IMG/VR virus record: IMGVR_UViG_3300005512_000007
Reading direction: 5' to 3' (one strand)
From: an uncultured virus (IMG/VR IMGVR_UViG_3300005512_000007)
Lineage: Duplodnaviria > Heunggongvirae > Uroviricota > Caudoviricetes
Length of the DNA: 34,781 nt
This document shows, in pieces, positions 7,841 to 15,502 of the stretch. Made by a program: the position numbers and the translations under genes. How positions within the stretch are numbered: position 1 is the stretch's first letter; every line of letters starts with the position of its first letter. The notes below the pieces were generated by a model that saw nothing but the letters and a program-made list of their open reading frames with translations, made no database searches and had not been told where the DNA came from.

Positions 7841-9301
7841 TCAGCGGTACGAGTCGAGGATGCCCTCGACCATGTCACCGAGGAGGTAGTCACCCTCCCC
7901 GTCGATCACCTCGCCACTGGCGAAGTTCTTGCTCTCCAGCATCCCGAAGAGGCGCTCGTCGATGGTCCAGCGACCCTCGATGTGAGCGAGGGCGATCTCG
8001 ACCTCCACGTCGTTGGTCTGGCCGATCCGGTGAAGGCGATCCTCGGCCTGACGGAGGTCAGCCGGAGTCCACGGGAGTTGGACCACGAGCACTCGGTGGT
8101 TGAGACCGTTGCCGTGGAGCGTGAGGCCAACGCCAGCCGAGATGATCTGGCCGACGAGCACTCGGGACTGACCCGAGGTGAACGCATCGACGGCCTCGGT
8201 CTTGTCAGCGTCGGACATGCCACCTCGGATGGCGACGGGGTTGTACTTGGCGAGACCGAGGAGCAGGCGATCCATCACGTCGGCGTGCTCGGCCACGATG
8301 AAGATGCCACCCTCCTGCTCGTCGAGGACCTCGGAGGCGTGCTCGACCGCCGACTTGACCTTGGCCTCGCCAGCGAGACGGCGGAGCGTCGTGAGTCGAA
8401 CGAGGGCCTCGGCACGCTCGGCACCCCGAGTGTTCCGCCCCTCCTCAGCGAGCCAGTTGATCAGGTCGTTCTCGGCCATGGCGTAGTCCTTGGCAGGCTT
8501 GCCGAGGCACTCCAGCGAGAGACCCGAGCGCCCCTTGTTGGGGAGGTCGATGACCTCGTCCCGACGACGGCGCATCATGAACGAGCCGACGAGGGCATCG
8601 TGGAGTTCGGCACCGTAGTCGTTGCCACGGCCACCCCACGAGTCCGTCTTCGGGCAGTAGCGGTTCCAGAAGAGGCCCTTGCCACCGATGTCACGCCACG
8701 CCCCAGCACCGAGCACGTCGATCTGGGAGGCGAGTTCGATGTGGCGACCGTTGGGGGTCGGGGTGCCCGAGAGCAGGACCCGAGGACCGGCGACGGAGCC
8801 AGCGATCATGGCGAGGGCCTTGGCACGCTTGCTCTTGCCGTTCTTGTGGCGGTGGGCCTCATCGACGACGACGGCACCGACTCGACCGGTCAGGGCCTCG
8901 GCCCAGTGGGCCACGGTGCTGTCACCGATCACGAGCACGTCGGCATCGGGGACCTCGGTGACCTTGGTGCCCGAGAGCACGGCCACGTCGAGCCACGGGG
9001 CGAACTTGGCGAACTCCCGAACCCAGTTGGTGCGGAGGCTCGGGGGCACGACCACGAGGCCGGTGGGGATACCGACGGCGTGGGCGCTGGCGAGCACGGC
9101 GATACCGCACGGGGTCTTGCCGAGGCCCATGTCGAGGGCGAGGTACGCCCACGGGCTGTTGGCCGTGTCACGGAGAGCGTGGGCCACGGCCTCCTGCTGG
9201 AAGTCGAGCAGGGGCAGGGCGAGATCGACCGGAGTGATCGAGGTGCCGATGGTGGTTGGCGCTGGAGCGGAGCCAGCGAGCAGGTCAGCAAGGGTGGTCA
9301 T
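7841..9301 (-). CDS. SNF2-family (SF2) helicase/ATPase
   Basis: LDMGLGKT, DEAH, LSGTP, GVGLTL, QAEDRLHRIGQ. Confidence 0.93.
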   Translation of the reverse strand: MTTLADLLAGSAPAPTTIGTSITPVDLALPLLDFQQEAVAHALRDTANSPWAYLALDMGLGKTPCGIAVLASAHAVGIPTGLVVVPPSLRTNWVREFAKFAPWLDVAVLSGTKVTEVPDADVLVIGDSTVAHWAEALTGRVGAVVVDEAHRHKNGKSKRAKALAMIAGSVAGPRVLLSGTPTPNGRHIELASQIDVLGAGAWRDIGGKGLFWNRYCPKTDSWGGRGNDYGAELHDALVGSFMMRRRRDEVIDLPNKGRSGLSLECLGKPAKDYAMAENDLINWLAEEGRNTRGAERAEALVRLTTLRRLAGEAKVKSAVEHASEVLDEQEGGIFIVAEHADVMDRLLLGLAKYNPVAIRGGMSDADKTEAVDAFTSGQSRVLVGQIISAGVGLTLHGNGLNHRVLVVQLPWTPADLRQAEDRLHRIGQTNDVEVEIALAHIEGRWTIDERLFGMLESKNFASGEVIDGEGDYLLGDMVEGILDSYR

Positions 9302-9347
9302 GGTTGGTCCTCCTTAGGACTCGTTGTGTATGGGTATGGGGAGGGTA

Positions 9348-10016
9348 TCAGACGGCTGTCGTCTGACCCCAAGGTAGGTCGTGGTGACCGGCGCAGACCG
9401 GCCCGTAGCCGACCTCGATGGAGCGCTCGTCGGTGAGATCACGGGCGCAGAACATGCACACGCCCGTGGTGTGGCCGTACTCGGAGGCGATCCGAGCGAG
9501 GGCCTCGCCCTTGAGGATCACACCCTGCTGGGCACGCTGGAGCAGGCCGGACTCGTAGGTCCAGCGCCCCTCGACGAGGCGCTTGCCGTACGGGCGACCG
9601 CTCTTCCCAGCGACGATCATGATCACGTCGTCGCCCAAGGCGACTAGGTCCCCCGTCTGGGGATCGCACTGGGGAGCCTGCTTCGGCTGAGCGAGGCGCA
9701 CGACGTGGGGGCGCTGTTTGTCGGACAGCGAGCCACGCTTGTCGTACTGCTGGATCAGCGACGAGGCGAAGGCCATGTCACGGGGATCGAGCGTCGGCAG
9801 GGCCTGACGGAGGGCCTCGACCTCGGCCTTGAGGTCGTCGTCCTCGGGCTGGGGATCACGGGGCACCGTCTGGAGCACGGTGATCAGGGCGCTGGCCTCC
9901 TTGCTGGTGTTGCAGGGCATGGCGAGCACGTTGGCGTGGGTCGAGCCGAGGGCGGTGGTGCGCTCGGCGCAGAGGTTGGCGATGAAGAGTCGCTGGCGGT
10001 CGGTGACAGGGTTCAT
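9348..10016 (-). CDS. DUF6011-type Zn-binding protein
   Basis: C-terminal CMFCARDLTDERSIEVGYGPVCA; start reassigned to ATG 10016 after GGAGG. Confidence 0.8.
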   Translation of the reverse strand: MNPVTDRQRLFIANLCAERTTALGSTHANVLAMPCNTSKEASALITVLQTVPRDPQPEDDDLKAEVEALRQALPTLDPRDMAFASSLIQQYDKRGSLSDKQRPHVVRLAQPKQAPQCDPQTGDLVALGDDVIMIVAGKSGRPYGKRLVEGRWTYESGLLQRAQQGVILKGEALARIASEYGHTTGVCMFCARDLTDERSIEVGYGPVCAGHHDLPWGQTTAV

Positions 10017-10093
10017 GGGTTCCTCCAGAGGGAGACGAACACGGCGATGGCCGTGAGGCTGACGGGGATGAAGTAGAGCAGGGCGACGAGCAT
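10013..10093 (-). CDS. Small membrane peptide (26 aa)
   Basis: MLVALLYFIPVSLTAIAVFVSLWRNP fills the gap and is coupled to both neighbours. Confidence 0.5.
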   Translation of the reverse strand: MLVALLYFIPVSLTAIAVFVSLWRNP

Positions 10094-10095
10094 GA

Positions 10096-10335
10096 TCACC
10101 AAGCCGTCGAGGCAATGTCGTTGAAGTGATCGGCCCAGCCGTTGTGGCTGGCGACGGCCTGACGGACGGCACCGGCCACGGTGCGAGGCTTGCCCGACTC
10201 GGTCCAGCCGAACTCCTCGACCAGTTCCTTGTCGGAGTAGCACTCGTCGATGACCGAGCAGGTGTAGCGACCAACCTTGGCGTGATCACGGATGGCCTCG
10301 ACGATCTCGTCGGCGTGGGGATGTTGAATGGACAT
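10096..10335 (-). CDS. Hypothetical protein (79 aa), first gene of the left operon
   Basis: AAGGAGG SD. Confidence 0.75.
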   Translation of the reverse strand: MSIQHPHADEIVEAIRDHAKVGRYTCSVIDECYSDKELVEEFGWTESGKPRTVAGAVRQAVASHNGWADHFNDIASTAW

Positions 10336-10354
10336 GGTTGGACCTCCTTAGGTC

Positions 10355-11025
10355 TCTGTGGGTAGGGCACCGGAGTGTGCCCCCACCGGCCACGACGATG
10401 GTGAATCGTGACCAGTGGGCGCACCCTCCGGCGAGGGTGCAGTACGTCGAGCGTGGGGTAGGTAATCAGCCCCAGAGTCAGGGGTCGTGCCCCATCACCG
10501 TTGCCGTTCGTCGCACTCTTCAGCGTCGGTGTCATCGCAGGGTTGCCGTTGCCCACCCTGCCGTCCGCTGGTGCTGTCTTTCACTTCCAACGATGACACC
10601 GTGCTGAACACTCACTTGCCGCTCTCTCCCGTACTTGCCGGACTGTCTCGCCGTCTGCCCGTCGGTACTCCGTCGGGTTCGGACTCAAGCCCTGCCACGT
10701 TCCTCGCCCCCGAAGGGGAGGCCGTCTGTCGCTGGTCGTATGACTCACTGAGTACATACCGAGGGGGTCATATGCCCTCGGTATCGGGGTGGGTTCGCAT
10801 CCCCGTTGTTCGTCGCTCTCCCAGCCCGTCCAAGGCGGTGGGGGTAGTGCTGGAGTACCAGCCCCCCAGTGCCCGTTCAGGGTGGGTTCGCTATCTCGGC
10901 AGACCGTGGCGCTCCCCTCGGTCCCACCGTCACCCTCTCACCGGTCCGTCCTGACTGAGCATCCTCGGACTCGGTGGCACTGGGCGACGGGGGCATCTCG
11001 TGGGTCGCTCCCCGGCGACAACTCC
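10355..11025 (-). ncRNA. Candidate large structured RNA or leader of the early operon
   Basis: Many nested stems; cUUCGg loop and a G-U pair read correctly on the minus strand; no credible ORF. Confidence 0.5.
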
Positions 11026-11295
11026 AGTAACTCATGGCGACCCCGAGATAACCAAGGAATCGGGGAAGAATCTTTATTTATTTTGCTGAATGAGTATGCA
11101 GGGTCCCCCGACACGGCCCCCCGAGATCCTGCTTCTAGGACATAGATACGTGTAGGGGAGAGAGACCGAGAGAGTGACACAGGATTCAGGGGAGTAGCGG
11201 TAGCAACTGTGTCAGTGGTGGATGACACAGTTGTACCTACCAACACCAGCGAACGTGTGTCATTAGTCACAGCGGTAGGCCCAGCCGTCGGGCAG

Positions 11296-11311
11296 TGTGA
11301 CCTTTGTCACG
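11296..11311. promoter_or_regulatory. CRP/GlxR-like site TGTGA-N6-TCACG
   Basis: One mismatch to TGTGA-N6-TCACA. Confidence 0.45.
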
Positions 11312-11562
11312 TGATTCTGGCACTTGCCCCCATTGCCCCCTGTATGCCCCTCTGCCGAGAGTGGGGGCGATATGACGTGGTAGTGCGGGAGGGGGCGAGA
11401 TCGGAGCACCAGCGCGATTTCCACATGCTGGGGATAACCCCGGAAACCCTTGTGGCACAACGGTTTACCGGTGGGTAACCGAGATTCGACGTCCACAGGG
11501 TTTTCAACAGGTTTGGAGGGGGTATCTACAATCACATCAGGGTTTCTCGGGGCGATTTCCAC

Positions 11563-11576
11563 AGAACATATGTTCT
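11563..11576. promoter_or_regulatory. LexA (SOS) box-like AGAAC-ATAT-GTTCT
   Basis: Matches the Gram-positive GAAC-N4-GTTC core. Confidence 0.5.
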
Positions 11577-11590
11577 TGTGGATAAAACAG

Positions 11591-11606
11591 GGTGACAAAT
11601 GTCACA
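11591..11606. promoter_or_regulatory. CRP/GlxR-like site GGTGA-N6-TCACA
   Basis: One mismatch to consensus. Confidence 0.45.
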
Positions 11607-11619
11607 CAAATGCCCTTGA

Positions 11620-11634
11620 CAAACACATGTTCGA
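11620..11634. promoter_or_regulatory. LexA box-like CAAAC-ACAT-GTTCGA overlapping a TTGACA
   Basis: Close to actinobacterial TCGAAC-N4-GTTCGA. Confidence 0.45.
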
Positions 11635-11936
11635 TCCGTTGTCCACAGGGGGTGTGGATAACCCGCCCCCCGGAAACCCTTGTAAATCAAGGGGGAGCAC
11701 GACTTGACAGGGTTGTCAAGGGGTATTTATCCACAGGCAGAGACCCCCCCACCCTTAGATATCCACAGGTTGTGGACAAAGGGGTAGATCACACCAGCCG
11801 AGGACTGTGACAATGGCCACATAGGCCCCTACAAAAATGCTGCCACTCGATAATCGGCCCCACATATAGGCCCGTATGAGAATTCGGCCCCACACTGAGT
11901 GCTGAAGTAGTAACTTAGTCCTCGGAGGTAGAAGGA

Positions 11937-12383
11937 ATGACGTTAGGACCACAGTTCTATCCACGACACGAGTCCGTTTCCAGCAATATCAGTTTGCGTA
12001 AAGACGCACCGCTGTACCACGGTACTGGTGGTGAAATTGAAGGCGGCGTAGTCCGACCAAGTGCTGACTACGTTCTGGACGGTCGAGGACTCGCTTTCTC
12101 CGCAGAGTCACCTTCCACTGCTGAGTACTACGCAAGGCTGGGAGCCAAAGGGCAGGGTCGCCTGTTCGGGACGGTCTATGAGGTAGAGCCGATGTCGGAT
12201 GATGCAAAAATAACCGAAACAATCGGCGGTAAATCCGTCGTCACCGACCCAGAGGGTCTGAGAACCAAAAGGGCTGTGAGTTTCCCTGCCGTTCACGACT
12301 ACTCCGAAGAGCACAAGGCCCTAGCGGAAGAGCGCAAAGCCCATGCGGAAGCCGTTGATCGAATCATGGAGTTCTTTAGATGA
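11937..12383 (+). CDS. ADP-ribosyltransferase-fold protein (YHGT type) with MTLGPQF N-terminus
   Basis: LYHGT...AFSAES..AEYYA...VYEVEP resembles Arr/PARP-like ART cores. Confidence 0.65.
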   Translation: MTLGPQFYPRHESVSSNISLRKDAPLYHGTGGEIEGGVVRPSADYVLDGRGLAFSAESPSTAEYYARLGAKGQGRLFGTVYEVEPMSDDAKITETIGGKSVVTDPEGLRTKRAVSFPAVHDYSEEHKALAEERKAHAEAVDRIMEFFR

Positions 12384-12769
12384 CTCTCGGACCACAGTTT
12401 CAACGTGTCTATCGAGGCATTGAAGCCGATACGGTTGGCGACATTGACCTTGACCGGTTGGGCCATCACTGGACCACTGACCGTCGGACAGCGCAGTCCT
12501 ATGCCACGGTAGGTATGGAGTCGGGACAACCTCGGGCGGGGGCCGTTGTTGAGGCGCTCGTCCATAACCGGAACATCGTTCATCGCGGTACGCCGGAGTG
12601 GGAAGCCCGTGGGGACGAACTGAACTACATGCCGGACTGGGATCAGGACGAAGTGCCGGTCATTCCCGGGCGACCGGTCCATGTTCAGTCAGTAGAGATG
12701 TGGGATGAGCATGACCGAGATGTTCAACCCCCTGCTTCAAAATTCACTCGGCGCGTTCAGGAGTACTGA
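12380..12769 (+). CDS. ADP-ribosyltransferase-fold protein (YRG type) with MTLGPQF N-terminus
   Basis: VYRG...HWTTDRRTAQSYA...QDEVPV resembles an R-S-E ART core; ATGA coupling. Confidence 0.6.
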   Translation: MTLGPQFQRVYRGIEADTVGDIDLDRLGHHWTTDRRTAQSYATVGMESGQPRAGAVVEALVHNRNIVHRGTPEWEARGDELNYMPDWDQDEVPVIPGRPVHVQSVEMWDEHDRDVQPPASKFTRRVQEY

Positions 12770-13366
12770 GTGGTCGAACCCGACGCTTTAGCGTGGGAGA
12801 AGTACCCACAATTCCATCAGTGGTTCAACAAACTCTACTTGTCGGAAAGACTCGGCTATACATGTGGGCCGTGTGGGCTTGCTCCTAGTGAAAGTGGCTG
12901 GTATTGCGTACGTCCGGTGATGAATTTGGCCGGTATGGGCGTGGGGGCGCGGAAGCAATGGATCAACGAAGGCGATAATCGCTGCGTAGAACCCGGGTAC
13001 TTCTGGTGTGAGTGGTTCGACGGGCGGCAAATCAGCGCTACGTACCGCTGGAGAAGCGGTTGGATACCCATTTCTGCCTTTGAGGGGGTCCGTGACGTTG
13101 AAAATCTCAGTCGCTTCTCTTACTGGATGCGTACTGAGGCCCCAATTCTGCGTGGATTTGAGGAATTGCACTCCGCAGAGGTGCTGAACGTCGAATTCAT
13201 CGGTGATCGGATCGTAGAAATCCACTTGAGAGAGTCACCAGACCCCGACGCAGACCTCTTCATACCTATTTGGGCCGACATGGACGTGCCAGATGACATG
13301 ATTCCAAGTTTTGACGACGCAGATGGGTATTTGCCGGTTCCACGGTTGGGTTTTGTCGTAAAGTAG
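12770..13366 (+). CDS. ATP-grasp-like phage protein
   Basis: NKLYLSERLGY.CGP...VRPVMNLAGMGVGA...GYFWCEWFDG...LNVEFIGDRIVEIHLR. Confidence 0.6.
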   Translation: MVEPDALAWEKYPQFHQWFNKLYLSERLGYTCGPCGLAPSESGWYCVRPVMNLAGMGVGARKQWINEGDNRCVEPGYFWCEWFDGRQISATYRWRSGWIPISAFEGVRDVENLSRFSYWMRTEAPILRGFEELHSAEVLNVEFIGDRIVEIHLRESPDPDADLFIPIWADMDVPDDMIPSFDDADGYLPVPRLGFVVK

Positions 13367-13371
13367 GCGAC

Positions 13372-13455
13372 ATGGTGACTACCGGACAGTGGATTGAGCG
13401 CAACGGCCAGCGTATTTGGCTTGTCACTGTCCTGCCCAAAGACCAGCGGGGGTAG
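13372..13455 (+). CDS. Possible 27-aa peptide
   Basis: MVTTGQWIERNGQRIWLVTVLPKDQRG fills the intergenic gap almost exactly. Confidence 0.3.
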   Translation: MVTTGQWIERNGQRIWLVTVLPKDQRG

Positions 13456-13456
13456 A

Positions 13457-13594
13457 ATGGTGGCTGCTAAGGAGTCGCTCGGCAAGCAGTGGTCTGACGA
13501 AGACCGCCAGCGCTTTGCTGATCGCAATGTCCTGAAGGCAAAGACGGTTCCTGCTAAGAAGAAGCCCGCCCCCAAGAAGGAGGAATGGGATTGA
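13457..13594 (+). CDS. Small basic protein (MVAAKESLGKQW...)
   Basis: Overlaps the next start; Lys-rich tail. Confidence 0.55.
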   Translation: MVAAKESLGKQWSDEDRQRFADRNVLKAKTVPAKKKPAPKKEEWD

Positions 13595-14373
13595 TCACTC
13601 TAGAGGATCTTTCTGATCCACCCGCAGCGATAGGGGACGGTGACTGGAATGATGAAGGCGTTGTCGTCCTTAAGAACTTTCTTCCAGAAGAACTCCTCGT
13701 GGCTTATGAGGAATGTTGGATACGTGAAAACCGGGGACGCCCGATGGGGTGGCCCGACCCTGTCCCGTATACACGACACAAGGAACTGCGAGACCTGCTC
13801 CTATATCAACCGCTATGCGATGAGATCGAAGCGCTGATAGGAGAGCCTCCGGGTCTTCACCTGAACCTCACCGGCTGGGTGTCTACTGAGCGCAACTGGC
13901 ATCAGGACACTTACCTCAACCCCCCGTACGTCGGGGACGCCTACGCGGCTGTGTGGATCGCTCTGGACACCATTCACCCTGACTCTGGCCCCTTTCAATA
14001 CATCCCCGGCTCCCAGCGTTGGCGCATCATCACGCAGGAGAAGGTCATGGCCCATCTCGCACCAGAGGAACGTGACCACAGGTGGCCCAAGTACTCGGAG
14101 AGACTGCTGACTCCTATCTTTGAGCAGATGATGGAGGAGGGAGGCATCGAACCGGTCTCTCACCTACCGGAGCGTGGGGACGTGCTGATCTGGAACGGAA
14201 GGCTCCTTCACAGGGGTTCTCCCGCCAATGTGCCCGGTATGGAGCGTCGTGCGTTGATCGCCCACTACAGTGGTATTCACCACAGACCGGACATGCCTGA
14301 CGCAAAGAAGTCTCCGTGGGGCGGGTACTACTTCCCGCTACAAACTGACCTCTCTCTTTACTACGGGGAATAA
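13585..14373 (+). CDS. Phytanoyl-CoA dioxygenase family 2OG-Fe(II) oxygenase
   Basis: WHQD...VWIALD..DSGPFQYIPGS...GDVLIW...LLHRG..N...R. Confidence 0.88.
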   Translation: MGLITLEDLSDPPAAIGDGDWNDEGVVVLKNFLPEELLVAYEECWIRENRGRPMGWPDPVPYTRHKELRDLLLYQPLCDEIEALIGEPPGLHLNLTGWVSTERNWHQDTYLNPPYVGDAYAAVWIALDTIHPDSGPFQYIPGSQRWRIITQEKVMAHLAPEERDHRWPKYSERLLTPIFEQMMEEGGIEPVSHLPERGDVLIWNGRLLHRGSPANVPGMERRALIAHYSGIHHRPDMPDAKKSPWGGYYFPLQTDLSLYYGE

Positions 14374-14951
14374 TGAACCTTCTAAACGCTGGCTGTGGGA
14401 CGCACTACGCTCAGGGCTGGATCAACGTCGATATTTGGGAAGACGACAACACCAAGCCCGACATCCTTGCGACGGCAGGTGAGCCGTACCCGTTCGACGA
14501 TGATTACTTCGACGCCGTCTACCTCGGTCACGTTATCGAGCACATCGACTGGTCTGCCGTTCCGGCGTTCATCATGGACATGGTACGTGTCGCCAAGCCG
14601 GGTGCCCCCATTCTGATTGTCGGCCCCGACGTGCTCAAGACCATCCAACTCTGGAAAGAGGGCAAAGAACCATGGCACATGGTGTTGTCCACCATGGAGC
14701 ATCAGGACGTGAACTGGCAACCCGGGCGTGAGCACGAATGGTGGGACGGGGCCACTCACCACTGGAACTGCCACCATGAGCGCGTCGTCGACATGCTGGA
14801 GACTCTCGGACTTACGGACATCACAGACGTATACAACGAGATTCCCAACAACCCTTCCGGTAAGCAGTGGCACGACCCAGTGACGGGAATCACGTGGCCG
14901 GTGGTCGGTAAGCACCACTGGCAGATGGCGGTACTTGTCAGGGCAACCTGA
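14373..14951 (+). CDS. Class I SAM-dependent methyltransferase
   Basis: LNAGCG..GWINVD...PFDDDYFD..HVIEHI...RVAKPG. Confidence 0.88.
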   Translation: MNLLNAGCGTHYAQGWINVDIWEDDNTKPDILATAGEPYPFDDDYFDAVYLGHVIEHIDWSAVPAFIMDMVRVAKPGAPILIVGPDVLKTIQLWKEGKEPWHMVLSTMEHQDVNWQPGREHEWWDGATHHWNCHHERVVDMLETLGLTDITDVYNEIPNNPSGKQWHDPVTGITWPVVGKHHWQMAVLVRAT

Positions 14952-14971
14952 CGTTTACTAGAATCCGGTGT

Positions 14972-15190
14972 ATGACGACGTACACCACCTCCACCTTCGG
15001 TAATGGCCGCGAGCACGATTTCCTGTTTGAGCACAACCTCGGCTCAGAAGACATCGACGTGGTCGCTTACGAGAATGACGGCCAACTGGTCATGATCAAC
15101 TCCACCCCTATTACTCGGGATTCGGTTCGGGTTACTTTCTGGGGCGCTCCCCGTCCCGGTGAACTGACTCTGGAAGTTCGCGCTCTCTGA
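14972..15190 (+). CDS. Small beta protein with HNLG motif (similar to fibre C-terminal domains)
   Basis: FEHNLG..DIDV..Y resembles ITHNLG/VTHNFG in the 29078 and 29537 proteins; leaderless after TAGAAT. Confidence 0.65.
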   Translation: MTTYTTSTFGNGREHDFLFEHNLGSEDIDVVAYENDGQLVMINSTPITRDSVRVTFWGAPRPGELTLEVRAL

Positions 15191-15263
15191 GCAATTACGC
15201 CTCCAACGCTTGGTAGCCATATGTTATGGTATGGGCAGAAACAGCGCACAAACGGAGGCCGTA

Positions 15264-15470
15264 ATGCAAGATAAGCAGCCAATGCGATCCCACGGAGGCT
15301 ACGGAGAAATGCCGTGCGGAAGGCGCGTGCCTCAACCCAAGAGTGCCCACCCGCAGTGGACCGGCACGGGTATCCGAGTTGACCGTGACTTTCCGGTTCT
15401 TCCTGAAGAGCCAAAGTACATCGGGCCTGCCGAGTATGCCTCTGATCTTTCGGGGCGTGTGAGTCGTTGA
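15264..15470 (+). CDS. Hypothetical protein (68 aa)
   Basis: GGAGG SD before ATG 15264. Confidence 0.55.
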   Translation: MQDKQPMRSHGGYGEMPCGRRVPQPKSAHPQWTGTGIRVDRDFPVLPEEPKYIGPAEYASDLSGRVSR

Positions 15471-15496
15471 CAACCTCCAGCATCGGCTAATAAAAT
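15467..15496 (+). promoter_or_regulatory. Promoter TTGACA-18-TAAAAT for leaderless whiB
   Basis: Near-consensus; ATG follows 6 nt after the -10. Confidence 0.7.
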
Positions 15497-15502
15497 GCGC
15501 CG

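Larger units (their letters stand above)
11417..11779. repeat. DnaA-box array
   Basis: Five perfect TT(A/G)TCCACA boxes at 11577, 11639, 11653, 11727, 11771; one-mismatch boxes at 11429 and 11759; weaker copies at 11417, 11489, 11501, 11555. Confidence 0.85.

Noticed and set aside
7661..9436. Long plus-strand ORF (591 aa), and similar antisense ORFs at 346-882, 4457-5350, 5715-6563 and 27503-28657
   Set aside because: Shadow frames of well-supported high-GC genes; no SD or motifs.
850..10362. CRISPR array or integron attC sites from the recurring motifs
   Set aside because: Repeats are short, tied to SD/start codons and irregularly spaced; no cas or integrase in the window.
9348..10556. Extended starts in the ORF track (also 3683-5941, 955-1662, 21880-23292, 17518-18069, 15862-16245)
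   Set aside because: Extensions overlap other genes or regulatory elements; internal starts have better SD, coupling or promoter context.
11417..11779. Bacterial chromosomal oriC or chimeric assembly
   Set aside because: No dnaA, dnaN or rpmH nearby; both flanks are phage genes.
11856..11872. NrdR-box-like CCCCACATATAGG
   Set aside because: Single weak match, no nrd gene nearby, and explained by the local direct repeats.
10487..11964. ORFs within the central hub
   Set aside because: No SD, atypical composition, and they run through hairpins and DnaA boxes.
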